64,000 nucleotides of DNA from Elusimicrobiota bacterium (GTDB lineage: Bacteria; Elusimicrobiota; Elusimicrobia; UBA1565; UBA9628), in contig JACQPG010000055.1 of NCBI GenBank assembly GCA_016207665.1, positions 35,184 through 99,183 on the forward strand, given 5' to 3'. Made by a program: the position numbers and the translations under genes. The notes below the pieces were generated by a model. That model did no database searches. It saw only the letters and a program-made list of their open reading frames with translations, and was not told the DNA's origin. Positions 36,242 to 46,220 of this stretch are shown piece after piece (the first letter of the stretch is position 1; the number at the start of each line of letters is the position of its first letter).

Positions 36242-37279
36242 GTGAAAGCGATGGTGCTGGCGGCCGGGGCCGGAACCCGGCTGCGCCCCCTGACATTCCA
36301 GATCCCCAAGCCCATGGTGCCGGTGGTCAACCGTCCCGTGGTGCATCACGTCTTGGACAATCTCCTGCGCCACGGGGTCAAGGACGTGATGGTCAACGTA
36401 TTCGCCCATCCCGAGCAGGTCAAGGGCTATCTCGGGGACGGCTCGCGCTGGAGCCTGCGCGTGCGCTATTCTCACGAGCCCAGGCTCATGGGCACGGCGG
36501 GGGCGATCAAGAAAGTCGAGAATTTCTTCACCGATGGGCCGTTCCTGGTGATGTCCGGAGATGGCCTCTCGGACATCGATCTTTCGGACATGCTCCGCTT
36601 CCACAAGAAGCGCAAGTCGATCGCCACCATGGCCATCAAGGGCGTGGATTCGCGCTTCGAGTACGGCGTGACCATGACCGATGAATCGGGCCGGATCAAG
36701 GGCTTCTTGGAGAAGCCGAGTTGGGGGGATGTCTTCTCCAACAAGGTCAACACCGGGATCTACCTGCTCGAGCCCGAGGTGCTCAAGTACATCCCTCGCA
36801 ACCGGGCCTATGATTTCGGCCACGAGCTCTGGCCCAAGCTCCTCAAGCTGAGGAAGCCGATCTACGCCTACGAGACGCAGCGCTATTGGTGCGATGTGGG
36901 CAATCTTTCCGAATACCGGCGATGCCAAGTGGACGTGCTCGAGGGCAGGGTCCAGGTCAGCATCCCGGGCGCCGAGACCCGCAAAGGCGTCTGGATCGAG
37001 GAGGGCTCCACCATTTCCCCGCGCACCGTGCTCCGGGGCCCCTGCGTGATCGGCAAGGGTTGCCTCATCGAGGCCGGAGCCCAGATCGGGCCTCACACGG
37101 TGGTGGGCGACAGGGCCCGGATCTTCTCTCGCGCCGTGCTAAAAAATTGTATACTTTTCGCCAACGTCACCGTCGGCAGCGGCGTGCAGCTTTCCAACTG
37201 CATACTCGGCGCCAACGGGCACGTCACGGAGAATATCACAGTCTACGAAGCGGCCGTTTTGAATTTGAACGGCCATTAA
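36242..37279 (+). CDS. Second sugar-1-phosphate nucleotidyltransferase with LbH C-terminus (NDP-sugar pyrophosphorylase)
   Basis: GTG start. [21 protein letters not shown] motif, C-terminal hexapeptide repeats. Paralog of 33395..34459. Confidence 0.8.
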   Translation: MKAMVLAAGAGTRLRPLTFQIPKPMVPVVNRPVVHHVLDNLLRHGVKDVMVNVFAHPEQVKGYLGDGSRWSLRVRYSHEPRLMGTAGAIKKVENFFTDGPFLVMSGDGLSDIDLSDMLRFHKKRKSIATMAIKGVDSRFEYGVTMTDESGRIKGFLEKPSWGDVFSNKVNTGIYLLEPEVLKYIPRNRAYDFGHELWPKLLKLRKPIYAYETQRYWCDVGNLSEYRRCQVDVLEGRVQVSIPGAETRKGVWIEEGSTISPRTVLRGPCVIGKGCLIEAGAQIGPHTVVGDRARIFSRAVLKNCILFANVTVGSGVQLSNCILGANGHVTENITVYEAAVLNLNGH

Positions 37280-37293
37280 CCGGGAGAACTTCC

Positions 37294-38499
37294 ATGGAAC
37301 GCAGCGGCAAATATCTATTCACCTCAGAATCGGTCACCGAAGGCCATCCCGATAAGGTCTGCGACCAGATCTCGGACGCGGTCCTCGACGCCGTCTTGAC
37401 GGAGGATCCCACCGGCCGGGTCGCCTGCGAGACCTTCGTGTCCCGCGGCATGGTCATCGTCGGAGGCGAGATCACCACCAAGACCTACGTGGACGTCGAC
37501 CAGCTCGTGCGCGAGGTGGTCCGCGGCATCGGTTACGACCATCCGAAATACGGCTTCGACGCCACCTCCTGCGCCGTTTTGAACGCGATCGGGAGGCAAT
37601 CCCCCGACATCGCTCAGGGAGTCGACACCGGAGGGGCCGGCGATCAGGGCATCATGTTCGGCTACGCCTGCCGCGAGACCCCGGAGCTCATGCCCCTTCC
37701 CATCATGCTGGCCCATAAGCTCACCCGCAAGCTCGCCGAGCTGCGCCGCTCGGGCGCCCTCTCCTATTTAGGACCGGACGGCAAGTCTCAGGTCACGGTG
37801 GAATACCTCGACGGCCGCCCCCTGCGCGTCGACACGGTGGTGCTCTCGACCCAGCATACCGAGGAGATACTCGACAAGAGCGGCAAGCAGATCACCGAGA
37901 AGGCGCGGGGAGAGATCATCGACGCGGTGATCCGGCCCCTCTTGGGCAAGAGACTCATCGATTCGAAGACCCGCTTCTTCATCAATCCCACTGGCAAGTT
38001 CGTCATCGGTGGCCCTGCCTCGGACACCGGCGTCACCGGCCGCAAGATCATCGTCGACACCTACGGCGGCTACGCTCCTCACGGCGGCGGGGCCTTCTCG
38101 GGCAAGGATCCGACCAAGGTCGATCGCTCGGCCTGCTACATGGCACGCTATATCGCCAAGAACGTGGTGGCCGCGGGCCTGGCCGAGAAATGCACGGTGC
38201 AGTTGGCCTATGCCATCGGAGTCGCGGAGCCGGTCGGCGTCTATTTCAACACCCATGGCACGGCTATCGTCGAGGAGGCCAAGATCGAGGCGGCCGTCCG
38301 CAAGCTCTTCCCCATGACGCCCAAGGGCATCATCGCAACCCTCAAACTGAGGCGGCCCATCTACAAGGCCACCGCGGCCTACGGGCATTTCGGCCGCGAG
38401 GAGAACGAGTTCGAGTGGGAAAGGACCAACAGGGCAGACGCCCTGCGCGAGGAGCTCCTGGGCAAGGGCGGCGCTAAAAGGAACCTGGCCCTGGTCTAG
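37294..38499 (+). CDS. metK: S-adenosylmethionine synthetase
   Basis: The track ORF is over-extended upstream; the real start is ATG 37294. [29 protein letters not shown]..., [16 protein letters not shown], classic MetK throughout. Confidence 0.95.
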   Translation: MERSGKYLFTSESVTEGHPDKVCDQISDAVLDAVLTEDPTGRVACETFVSRGMVIVGGEITTKTYVDVDQLVREVVRGIGYDHPKYGFDATSCAVLNAIGRQSPDIAQGVDTGGAGDQGIMFGYACRETPELMPLPIMLAHKLTRKLAELRRSGALSYLGPDGKSQVTVEYLDGRPLRVDTVVLSTQHTEEILDKSGKQITEKARGEIIDAVIRPLLGKRLIDSKTRFFINPTGKFVIGGPASDTGVTGRKIIVDTYGGYAPHGGGAFSGKDPTKVDRSACYMARYIAKNVVAAGLAEKCTVQLAYAIGVAEPVGVYFNTHGTAIVEEAKIEAAVRKLFPMTPKGIIATLKLRRPIYKATAAYGHFGREENEFEWERTNRADALREELLGKGGAKRNLALV

Positions 38500-38523
38500 G
38501 CCCCGAACGCGCCAAACAGCGCC

Positions 38524-39234
38524 ATGAACAAGGTCGCCGCCGACGCTCGATCCGCCATACGCGACATCGGCGACGGCGCAACCATCATGGTGGGCGGCTT
38601 CGGCCTTTGCGGCATCCCGGAAAACCTGCTGGCGGCGCTGCGCGAGAAGGGCGTCAAGAGCCTGACCCTGATCTCCAACAACGCCGGAACGGACGAGTAC
38701 GGCAATGGCCCTCTGATCAAGAGCGGCCAGGTCCGCAAGATGATCATGTCCTACGGCGGGGAGTGCAAGGCCTTCGAGGGCTCGGCCCTTTCCGGCGCGC
38801 TCGAGGTGGAGTGGAATCCCCAGGGCACCTTGGCCGAGCGCATGCGGGCGGCCGGCGCCGGCATCGGCGGATTCTTCACCCCCACTGGCTACGGAACCCC
38901 CATCGCCGAGGGCAAGGAGACCCGGGTGATCGAGGGAAGGCCTTACGTGTTCGAGAAGCCGCTTAGGGCCGATTTCGCCTTGATCCGGGCCTGGAAGGGC
39001 GACGCGGACGGGAATCTCCTATATCGCAAGACGGCCCGGAATTTCAACCAGGTGATGGCCACCGCGGCCAAGACCGTGATCGCGGAGGTCGAGAATCTCG
39101 TCCCCGTGGGCTCACTGGATCCCGACTCCATCCATACGCCCGGCATCTACGTGGACAGGATATTCCAGGGCGCCGGCTACAAAAAACCCATCGAAAAGTT
39201 GACCGTGCGCAAGCGCGAGGCGGCTCCGGCTTAA
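38524..39234 (+). CDS. scoA: 3-oxoacid CoA-transferase subunit A
   Basis: 236 aa, [16 protein letters not shown]-terminal motif, followed 2 nt later by the subunit B gene. Confidence 0.85.
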   Translation: MNKVAADARSAIRDIGDGATIMVGGFGLCGIPENLLAALREKGVKSLTLISNNAGTDEYGNGPLIKSGQVRKMIMSYGGECKAFEGSALSGALEVEWNPQGTLAERMRAAGAGIGGFFTPTGYGTPIAEGKETRVIEGRPYVFEKPLRADFALIRAWKGDADGNLLYRKTARNFNQVMATAAKTVIAEVENLVPVGSLDPDSIHTPGIYVDRIFQGAGYKKPIEKLTVRKREAAPA

Positions 39235-39235
39235 C

Positions 39236-39904
39236 ATGGCCAAGGATATCGACAAAAGAATAGTCATAGCCAAGCAATCGGCCCGACAGCTCAAAGACGG
39301 GGACTACGTGAATCTGGGCATAGGCGTGCCGACCCTGGTCTCCAATTATCTGCCCCCCGGGGTCCATATCAAGCTGCATACCGAGAACGGCATGCTGGGC
39401 TACGGTCCCTATCCGCTCGAAGGCGAGCAGGATCCGGACCTCATCAACGCGGGCAAGGAGACCATCACCGAGCTGCCCGGCTGCTCCTATTTCGGCTCTC
39501 ACGAATCCTTCGCCATGGTCCGGGGCGGGCATCTCGACGCGACCGTGCTGGGCGCCATGGAGGTTTCCAAGGACGGCGACCTCGCCAACTGGATGATACC
39601 GGGCAAGAAGGTCAAGGGCATGGGCGGCGCCATGGACATGGTGGCCGGCGCCAAGAAAGTCATCGTGGCCATGGAGCACACGACCAAGGAAGGCAAGCCC
39701 AAGATACTCAATAAGTGCAGCCTGCCTCTCACCGGCAAGGGAGTGGTTTCGGTGATCGTCACCGAGCTGGCCGTTTTCGACGTCACCCCGGAGGGGCTCG
39801 TGCTGCGGGAGCACTCGGCCGACAGCTCGGTCGAGGTCCTGCGCCTGGTGACCGAGCCGCCGTTCAAGATCAGTCCCCAACTCAAGACCTTTTCCTCGAA
39901 CTAA
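39236..39904 (+). CDS. scoB: 3-oxoacid CoA-transferase subunit B
   Basis: Catalytic glutamate context [12 protein letters not shown]; 222 aa. Confidence 0.85.
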   Translation: MAKDIDKRIVIAKQSARQLKDGDYVNLGIGVPTLVSNYLPPGVHIKLHTENGMLGYGPYPLEGEQDPDLINAGKETITELPGCSYFGSHESFAMVRGGHLDATVLGAMEVSKDGDLANWMIPGKKVKGMGGAMDMVAGAKKVIVAMEHTTKEGKPKILNKCSLPLTGKGVVSVIVTELAVFDVTPEGLVLREHSADSSVEVLRLVTEPPFKISPQLKTFSSN

Positions 39905-39916
39905 TCGGCAAAACCG

Positions 39917-40456
39917 GTGTCTAATCCTTCGGAGAGAGAGTTTTTGGAGAGCCATGCCCAGTTGGTCTATAACCTCGCTCTCAGGCTGGTGGGAAATCCA
40001 GCGGATGCCGAGGACCTGGCTCAGGACTCGCTGCTGCGCGCCCTGAGGGGTCTGGGCAGTTTCCGGGGAGACTCCTCGTTATCGACGTGGCTTTATCGGA
40101 TCACGGTCAATACATGGAAAAACCGGGTCAGATCCGAGAAAAGGCGGGGTCTGTGGCGCATGGTCTCGCTCAACCTCTTCACCGGCCAAGATCATGACGA
40201 GGAACCGGCCTTCGTGGCCCCGGACAAGCCGGCTGATTCCGGACTCGAGGCCTCGGAAAGGGACTCGGCCGTGCGCAAAGCACTGCTCGAGCTCGATGAA
40301 GAGGCGCGAGCGGTGATCGTATTAAGGGAGATCGAGGGACAATCTTACGAGGAGATCGCCTCGGCCCTGGAAATCCCCGTGGGGACCATCAAGTCCAGGC
40401 TTTCCCGGGCTCGCCAGGCCCTCAAGAACCGATTGATGAGACAGGTGCAGCCGTGA
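39917..40456 (+). CDS. ECF (sigma-70 family, group 4) RNA polymerase sigma factor
   Basis: Region 2 AEDLAQDSLLRALRGL...WLYRITVNTWKN, region 4 EIEGQSYEEIASALEIPVGTIKSRLSRARQAL. Confidence 0.85.
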   Translation: MSNPSEREFLESHAQLVYNLALRLVGNPADAEDLAQDSLLRALRGLGSFRGDSSLSTWLYRITVNTWKNRVRSEKRRGLWRMVSLNLFTGQDHDEEPAFVAPDKPADSGLEASERDSAVRKALLELDEEARAVIVLREIEGQSYEEIASALEIPVGTIKSRLSRARQALKNRLMRQVQP

Positions 40457-41427
40457 AACCTTCAGAACATGTGATCGAATCGCTGTCCGAGTATCTTGAT
40501 GGGCGGCTCGAGGCCGGCCAGGCCGAGCGAGTCAGCCGCCATCTTCAAGACTGCTCCCGCTGCCGCGGCGAGCTGGAGGAGCTGCGATCGCTGTCCGATC
40601 TCCTGCGGAACTTGCCCCGCAAGGCCTTGCCCGCCGGCTTCGTCGAGCGATTGGAAATGAAGCGCCGGGAAGGCGCGGCCTCGACGCGCTTCCTGCTGCC
40701 CGCGCCCCTGCGCATGGCGGCCTATGCCATGTCGGCCGCCGTGGTGGCGCTGGTCGTTTATGACCGTTTCCAGCCCGAGCCGGCCATGCTCGCCGGCCCA
40801 AGCGAAAGCGCGCTTCAGGCCCCCGAACAGGCCTCCAAGCCGGACAGGCGCTGGGTCGCGGCCAAGGGCAAGCCTCTTCAGGTGCCGGACTCTCCCGCGG
40901 CGGCTGCGAAGCGGCGGGATGAGGCGGACGCGCTTCGGCGGACATCGCGCGCCAACGAATCGTTCCAACGGGGACTCGATTTGCAGAAACGGGAGCTGCG
41001 TCTTGAATCCGCGAACAAGGGGCCGCGCATGCCCGCCGGCCAATTCGCGGCCGAAGGGGCTCCGGCCGTGGCCCTGGGCGCCGCCAAAAACCTGGTCGTG
41101 ACCGTCCCTCAGGCCCCGCGCGGGGCCGTTTTTCCGCCTCCGGGCTTCGGCGCGACGGTGATAGCCGATCAAGAACAACAGAATGAGTTCTGGGCCCGGC
41201 GCGGAGTCCGGCCCACCCCTCCTGAGATCGATTATCGGCGCCAGTCGCTGCTGGTGCTTTTTCCCCAAGGATCCCGGCAGGCGCTTGAAATCACGGGGGT
41301 CAGCCTGGGTCCGGACCAGCTCACCGTGCAATATCGCATGATCCCGGCCCCATTCCCGCAGGACTATATTTTCCACGCGCTTCCGCGCAGCTCGCTTCCC
41401 GTCTATTTTCAGAGCGCGGGTCGCTGA
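40453..41427 (+). CDS. Anti-sigma factor with N-terminal zinc-finger (zf-HC2/RsrA-like) and one TM segment
   Basis: ATGA-type overlap with the sigma gene. H..CxxC motif HLQDCSRCRGELEEL. Hydrophobic helix MAAYAMSAAVVALVVY. Pro-rich periplasmic tail. Confidence 0.7.
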   Translation: MKPSEHVIESLSEYLDGRLEAGQAERVSRHLQDCSRCRGELEELRSLSDLLRNLPRKALPAGFVERLEMKRREGAASTRFLLPAPLRMAAYAMSAAVVALVVYDRFQPEPAMLAGPSESALQAPEQASKPDRRWVAAKGKPLQVPDSPAAAAKRRDEADALRRTSRANESFQRGLDLQKRELRLESANKGPRMPAGQFAAEGAPAVALGAAKNLVVTVPQAPRGAVFPPPGFGATVIADQEQQNEFWARRGVRPTPPEIDYRRQSLLVLFPQGSRQALEITGVSLGPDQLTVQYRMIPAPFPQDYIFHALPRSSLPVYFQSAGR

Positions 41428-41433
41428 TCGGAC

Positions 41434-41463
41434 TTGAATAGGGCCTGCTAGTTATTGTAATAT
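41434..41463 (+). promoter_or_regulatory. Candidate promoter (TTGAAT-18-TAATAT, TG-extended) in the AT-rich leader of the histidine kinase gene
   Basis: gacTTGAATagggcctgctagttattgTAATATtac, in a locally AT-rich 100-bp intergenic region. Confidence 0.3.
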
Positions 41464-41528
41464 TACTCATCGCTTCTATTGAAAATACACCTCCCGATCA
41501 CCTCTAGCCGCTAGGAAAACGCGTCCCC

Positions 41529-43007
41529 ATGTCCAAAAAAGAGCAGTCTTATCGTTTATTATTTGAAGCCAATCCCAACCCCATGTGGGTGGTCGACCGC
41601 CGGACGCTGAGGTTTCTCGCGGTCAACGAGGCGGCCGTGCGTCACTACGGATATTCCCGCGAGGAGTTCCTGTCCATGCGGCTGCAGGACATACGGCCGC
41701 CCGAGGATATTCCCTCGCTCATGGCCGCCAGGCCTTCAACCCGGACCGGCCTCTTTTTTGCCGGAACCTGGAGGCATCAAAAAAAGGACGGACGCGTCAT
41801 CGATGTCGAGGTGCGGGGGCACTCTGTGAACTTCAAGAAACGCCCCGCCCAGCTGATCACGACCAAGGACGTCACCGACACGATCCGCGCCGAATGGGCC
41901 CTGCGGGCCCAACAATCCGAGTTCCAGCGGGTTCTGCGCTCGATCTCGGACTATATCTGGAGCGGAGAGGTGGATGCCGCGGGCCTATTCCGCTACCGGT
42001 ATTATTCTCCCGTGGTCGAGACCGTCACGGGCCGGCCCCCCGCCTTCTATTTGGAAGGGCCGCATCAGTGGCTGAGCACCGTGCACCCCGAGGACCGGCC
42101 GCGCATGCATCTGAGCGCCGAGCGGCTGCTCAAGGGCCGGGCCAGGCAGATCGAGCAGGAATACCGCATCATCCGCCCGGACGGCAAGGTCCGCTGGGTG
42201 CGAGACAGCGTGGTCGTCGAAAAGCAACCGGACCGATCCATCATGCTGTTCGGGGTGGTCACGGACATCACGCGCCAAAAGAAGGCGGCGGAACAGCTCC
42301 GCGAAAGCGAGCGGGCTCAGCGGGACTTCGTAGCCCATATCTCCCATGAATTCAGGACCCCTCTGACCGCCATCAAGGGCTTCGCCGAGACCCTGTTGCG
42401 CGAGCTCGGCCAAAGCAAGCACGGACGCTTCCTGCGGGTGATCGATCAGCACGCTTCGCGTCTGACATGGCTCATCAACGAGCTGCTCGAGCTTTCGCGC
42501 ATCGAGAGCGGGACGGCCAAGCTGGATCGAGAGCCGCTTTGCGTCAAGGATCTGGTCTTGAAGGTCCGAGACGGCCTAGCCGAGCTATTGCGCCGGCGGC
42601 GCATCCAATGCCTCATTTCCATCGACGCCGAGGCCAAGATACTCGCCAACGAGCCCTATTTGATCCAAGCCCTCGAGAACCTGCTCTCGAACGCCATCAA
42701 ATACAATCGCCCCGGAGGGTGGATACGCATCAATGGCCGCAGCCTGGACTCGAGCTTCCAATTGACGGTCTCGGACAACGGCAAGGGAATCGACCCGGAA
42801 GATATCGGGAAGGTATTCGAGCGCTTTTATCGAGGAGAGCATCAACGAGACATCCCGACCACCGGGCTCGGCCTCTATATCACCAAAAAAATCGTCGAGC
42901 TTCATTCAGGCCGGATCTCCGTCGAAAGCCAGCCGGGAAAAGGGGCTCAATTCACCTTGTCGCTGCCTCTAGCGTCGGAAAGCCGCCTGGCCGCCCAACG
43001 CGCCTAG
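41529..43007 (+). CDS. PAS-domain sensor histidine kinase
   Basis: Two PAS-like segments, H-box HISHEFRTPLTAIKGF, N box NLLSNAIKYN, G boxes DNGKGI and GLGLYI. Confidence 0.9.
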   Translation: MSKKEQSYRLLFEANPNPMWVVDRRTLRFLAVNEAAVRHYGYSREEFLSMRLQDIRPPEDIPSLMAARPSTRTGLFFAGTWRHQKKDGRVIDVEVRGHSVNFKKRPAQLITTKDVTDTIRAEWALRAQQSEFQRVLRSISDYIWSGEVDAAGLFRYRYYSPVVETVTGRPPAFYLEGPHQWLSTVHPEDRPRMHLSAERLLKGRARQIEQEYRIIRPDGKVRWVRDSVVVEKQPDRSIMLFGVVTDITRQKKAAEQLRESERAQRDFVAHISHEFRTPLTAIKGFAETLLRELGQSKHGRFLRVIDQHASRLTWLINELLELSRIESGTAKLDREPLCVKDLVLKVRDGLAELLRRRRIQCLISIDAEAKILANEPYLIQALENLLSNAIKYNRPGGWIRINGRSLDSSFQLTVSDNGKGIDPEDIGKVFERFYRGEHQRDIPTTGLGLYITKKIVELHSGRISVESQPGKGAQFTLSLPLASESRLAAQRA

Positions 43008-43012
43008 GCCGA

Positions 43013-44497
43013 TCAACGGCTGATCTGGAGCGGGGCCAGGTTGATCCGCCGCCCAGTCTTGAGCGTGATCACGCCCGGATTGCCCCGAACGCGAAGCGGC
43101 TGTTGCTCGCCTTCCAAGCCCAGAGCCAGGAAATAATCGCCTTCAGGCAGGTCTCGGAAGATGAAAGCGCCCCGAGATCCGGGCGCGACCGAGTCGACGA
43201 GCTGGCCCGGACCCAGCTGGAAAGCGCCGGCCTTGCTCTCGTAAAGCCCCAAGCGATGCACCGGGATGTTCGAGCTCAAGCGCCCTCGAATAGCGCCAGT
43301 TCTCGGACCAGCCGGCGGCAATCGCAGCAATCCCTTGGGAAAGCCGCGCGTATGGGCCCGCCCCAGCCAAGCCTCGGCATCCTCGGTGTTGCCCAGCTTG
43401 TGATAGATCGCGGCAAGGCGGGCGGCCGCTTGAGACCCGACCCGAAAGCGGCTCTCATCCGACAACAAGGCCAATATCTCCCTGGACCCGGCGGATGCCG
43501 GATCCGCGCTCAGGCTCTCCAGCAGGAGCAGGCGGGCTAAAGGATCCCCCAGCCGCGTTCCCAGCTCGAGCGCCGCTCTCAGCCCCGCCGCGTCCATCGA
43601 CACGGTCAACCCATTGTAGAGATAACGCAGCGCGGCCCAACGGTGAACGCTGGGTCTCTGGGCCAGGCGCCGCGCGGCCTCAAAGCCGCTCTCGGAGAAC
43701 CCCGCCCCTCCCCAGCCCGCGGGCGCTCGATGAAACTCCCAATCGGGACGGCCGGAGCTCTCGGACAATATCAAGACGGCCCTGGCCGGGCTCGGCTCCG
43801 GCTCAAGCCCCAGGGCCTGGGCTAAATCCGCCTTGCCCAGATCGCAAAAGGCCAACCCCCAAGCGTAAATGAACGCGCTCGCGCCGACCAAACATGCCGT
43901 CCCGATTCCGGCGCGCCGCCGGCCCGACGAACGAGCGCCGCCCATGAGCCAGTTGGCCAAACCTAGGGACGTGAAGGCCCATAACCCCCCAAAAACGAAG
44001 GTGGCGGCGAAAACCAGCGCGGGCTCGCGCAGATCCAGGCTGTCGTGGGGAAAATAGGCGTTCTGTAGCAGATCCAGGAAAACCCTTAGGCCCATCCACA
44101 CCAATAGAGCCGCGGCGGCCGCCCCCGCGCCCAATTGAGCCTTGCTGCGCGCCTTGGCTGCCGCCCCTGAAGCCGCCAATTTCCAAATCCGCCATGCCAC
44201 GATCAATAATCCCGCGAGCAGGAGCGACAAAGCCGCCCAGGAAAAAACGGGGCGAGGCAGGAACCCGCCCGCCTTCATCGCCAACTCGAAAAAGCCAAAA
44301 CCCGCGCGTTTGGGAAGCAGCCAGTCGTCGCTGTGGGGGGCGCGCCGCAACATGTACATCCAAGTCAAGGCGCAAGCCCAGAGCCCGGCGCAGATCAAAG
44401 GCGGGGCCCAATCGACACCGGATCGGGATGCGGCTCTCTTGGCGGCCGGCCGAACGCCGCGAGCCGATGTCATGGCTGCATTATAGCTCTTTGACAA
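43013..44497 (-). CDS. Hypothetical polytopic membrane protein with C-terminal beta-sandwich-like region
   Basis: 494 aa, several hydrophobic helices in the N-terminal half, no recognisable catalytic motif. Confidence 0.4.
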   Translation of the reverse strand: MSKSYNAAMTSARGVRPAAKRAASRSGVDWAPPLICAGLWACALTWMYMLRRAPHSDDWLLPKRAGFGFFELAMKAGGFLPRPVFSWAALSLLLAGLLIVAWRIWKLAASGAAAKARSKAQLGAGAAAAALLVWMGLRVFLDLLQNAYFPHDSLDLREPALVFAATFVFGGLWAFTSLGLANWLMGGARSSGRRRAGIGTACLVGASAFIYAWGLAFCDLGKADLAQALGLEPEPSPARAVLILSESSGRPDWEFHRAPAGWGGAGFSESGFEAARRLAQRPSVHRWAALRYLYNGLTVSMDAAGLRAALELGTRLGDPLARLLLLESLSADPASAGSREILALLSDESRFRVGSQAAARLAAIYHKLGNTEDAEAWLGRAHTRGFPKGLLRLPPAGPRTGAIRGRLSSNIPVHRLGLYESKAGAFQLGPGQLVDSVAPGSRGAFIFRDLPEGDYFLALGLEGEQQPLRVRGNPGVITLKTGRRINLAPLQISR

Positions 44498-44519
44498 ATC
44501 CCTCTACTCTCCCTAAAAT
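44491..44519 (+). promoter_or_regulatory. Candidate sigma70 promoter TTGACA-17-TAAAAT upstream of the nitrilase-family gene
   Basis: ctcTTTGACAaatccctctactctcccTAAAATcat. Perfect -35 and 17-nt spacing. Confidence 0.5.
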
Positions 44520-44612
44520 CATAGCGGTCGGTCATCCCCCTACCTGGCCAGGCCCACGGGCCCAGCCGGGATCCCGGATGACCGGCTTCCTTTTTTGTAT
44601 GATCAGTGGCGG

Positions 44613-45389
44613 ATGTCATTCAAGATCGGAATAGTCCAGAATAATCCTCGATTTCTCAAGGCCAGGGCCAATGTCTCCGCCGCCTTGGCGCTCATGGACA
44701 GTATAGAAGCCGATCTCTGGGTGCTCCCGGAACTTTTCGCCTCGGGCTATAATTTCAAGACCAAAAAAGAGGCGGCGCGCTGCGCCGAGCGGGCGCCGGG
44801 AGGCCCGCTTTGCGCCCTTCTTAAGGCTTGGACCGCTTCTCGCAATTGCGCCGTCGTCGCAGGCCTTCCCGAGCGCTCCGGTCGCAGGCTCTATAACTCC
44901 GCGGTGCTGGTGCAAGGCGCGGAGGTCGCGCTTTATCGCAAGACCCATCTCTTCGGCAACGAAAAAAAATTCTTCAGCCCCGGGAATACCGGCTTCTGGA
45001 CCAGGCCGGTCAAGGGAGTACGAGTCGGAGTCATGATCTGTTTCGATTGGTTTTTTCCGGAAAGCTGCCGGACTCTCGCGCTCAAGGGGGCTCAGATCGT
45101 GGCCCATGCCGCCAACCTGGTGCTTCCCTGGGGCCCGGAGGGCATGAAGATACGCAGTCTCGAAAACAGGATCTATAGCGCCACCGCCAACCGCATAGGC
45201 AGCGAGCGCGGACTGCGCTTCATCGGCCAGTCCCAGGTCGTGGCGCCCAACGGAAGCCTCATGGTCCGCCTGGGCGAAAGCGAGGTCCGAGCCGCGGTGG
45301 TAGAAGCCGATCCTTGGACGGCCAAGGATAAGAAGGTCCACAAGGCCAACGACCTATTCAAGGATCGCCGCCCGGCCTGTTACGCGTAA
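44613..45389 (+). CDS. Carbon-nitrogen hydrolase (nitrilase/amidase superfamily)
   Basis: Catalytic E (VLPELF), K (YRKTHLF) and C (GVMICFDWFFPE) triad contexts. The track starts at TTG 44595; ATG 44613 (MSFKIGIVQN) is more plausible. Confidence 0.8.
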   Translation: MSFKIGIVQNNPRFLKARANVSAALALMDSIEADLWVLPELFASGYNFKTKKEAARCAERAPGGPLCALLKAWTASRNCAVVAGLPERSGRRLYNSAVLVQGAEVALYRKTHLFGNEKKFFSPGNTGFWTRPVKGVRVGVMICFDWFFPESCRTLALKGAQIVAHAANLVLPWGPEGMKIRSLENRIYSATANRIGSERGLRFIGQSQVVAPNGSLMVRLGESEVRAAVVEADPWTAKDKKVHKANDLFKDRRPACYA

Positions 45390-45851
45390 ATGGGCATGCA
45401 ATCCAAGCCGGTGCGAGCTTCGACCACCTATATCTCCGACTTGATGTCTCCTCCGGACGCCAATCTCCGCGGCTCCGTGTTTGGCGGCAAGGTCCTGGCC
45501 ATGGTCGACAAGGCCGCCGCGGTATGCGCCATGCGCCATTCCGGCCGGCCCTGCGTCACCGTGGCCATGGAGCGGGTGGAATTCCTCGTGCCCATACGCG
45601 TGGGAGACTATCTCGTGGCCGAGGCTCGCGTCAATCATGTGGGCCGCTCCTCCATGGAGATAGGCGTGGAGGTCTATTCCGAGGACCTCGAGAAGGGCGA
45701 TCGGCGGCACACTAATTCCTGCCTGGTCACCATGGTCGCCGTCGATCCCAAGGGCCGCCCCTGCCCGGTGCCTCGGCTTCTGATCGAGACCCGCGAGGAG
45801 AAGGCCCGGTTTGCCGCCGCTGAGCTCCGTCGCAAAGCCCGCGCAGCCTAA
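45390..45851 (+). CDS. Acyl-CoA thioesterase, hotdog fold (YciA-like)
   Basis: GSVFGGKVLAMVDKAA...HVGRSSMEIGVEV pattern typical of YciA-type thioesterases. Confidence 0.75.
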   Translation: MGMQSKPVRASTTYISDLMSPPDANLRGSVFGGKVLAMVDKAAAVCAMRHSGRPCVTVAMERVEFLVPIRVGDYLVAEARVNHVGRSSMEIGVEVYSEDLEKGDRRHTNSCLVTMVAVDPKGRPCPVPRLLIETREEKARFAAAELRRKARAA

Positions 45852-45857
45852 TCCCAC

Positions 45858-45884
45858 TTGCATCGGGAATTATCGTGCTATAAT
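45858..45884 (+). promoter_or_regulatory. Candidate promoter TTGCAT-15-TGcTATAAT (extended -10) for the cold-shock gene
   Basis: cacTTGCATcgggaattatcgTGcTATAATagagc, followed by a ~65-nt leader as is typical for csp genes. Confidence 0.5.
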
Positions 45885-45953
45885 AGAGCAGGCTCCGTTG
45901 GAGCCGCCCCGAGAGGGGCATTTAAGAGATAAAGTAGAGGTAAGAAAGAGTCA

Positions 45954-46154
45954 ATGAGAGGCAGAGTTAAGTGGTTCAACGACCAGAAGGGTTATGGTTT
46001 CATCACGCCTGAGGACGGTAGCTCCGATGTATTCGTACATCATACGGCCATCCAAGGCGAGGGATTCAGATCCCTGGCGGAGAACCAGGCGGTTGAGTTC
46101 GAGGTCATGCAGTCTGACAAGGGCCCGAAAGCCGCCAATGTCGTGAAGGTCTAA
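45954..46154 (+). CDS. Cold-shock protein (CspA family, S1-like OB fold)
   Basis: [49 protein letters not shown] with RNP1/RNP2 motifs. Confidence 0.95.
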   Translation: MRGRVKWFNDQKGYGFITPEDGSSDVFVHHTAIQGEGFRSLAENQAVEFEVMQSDKGPKAANVVKV

Positions 46155-46177
46155 AGATCCGATCCGACAAAAAACAA

Positions 46178-46208
46178 GCCCGCCCTGGGATCCAGGGCGG
46201 GCTTTTCA
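46178..46208 (+). terminator. Rho-independent terminator after csp
   Basis: GC stem GCCCGCCCTGG-gatc-CCAGGGCGGGC followed by TTTTC. Confidence 0.7.
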
Positions 46209-46220
46209 TTGAGAGAAGAC

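Noticed and set aside
36886-37293. Upstream 136 codons of the metK track ORF
   Set aside because: Low-complexity Arg/Gly/Pro-rich and overlapping the NTase gene. MetK homology begins at MERSGKYLF (ATG 37294).
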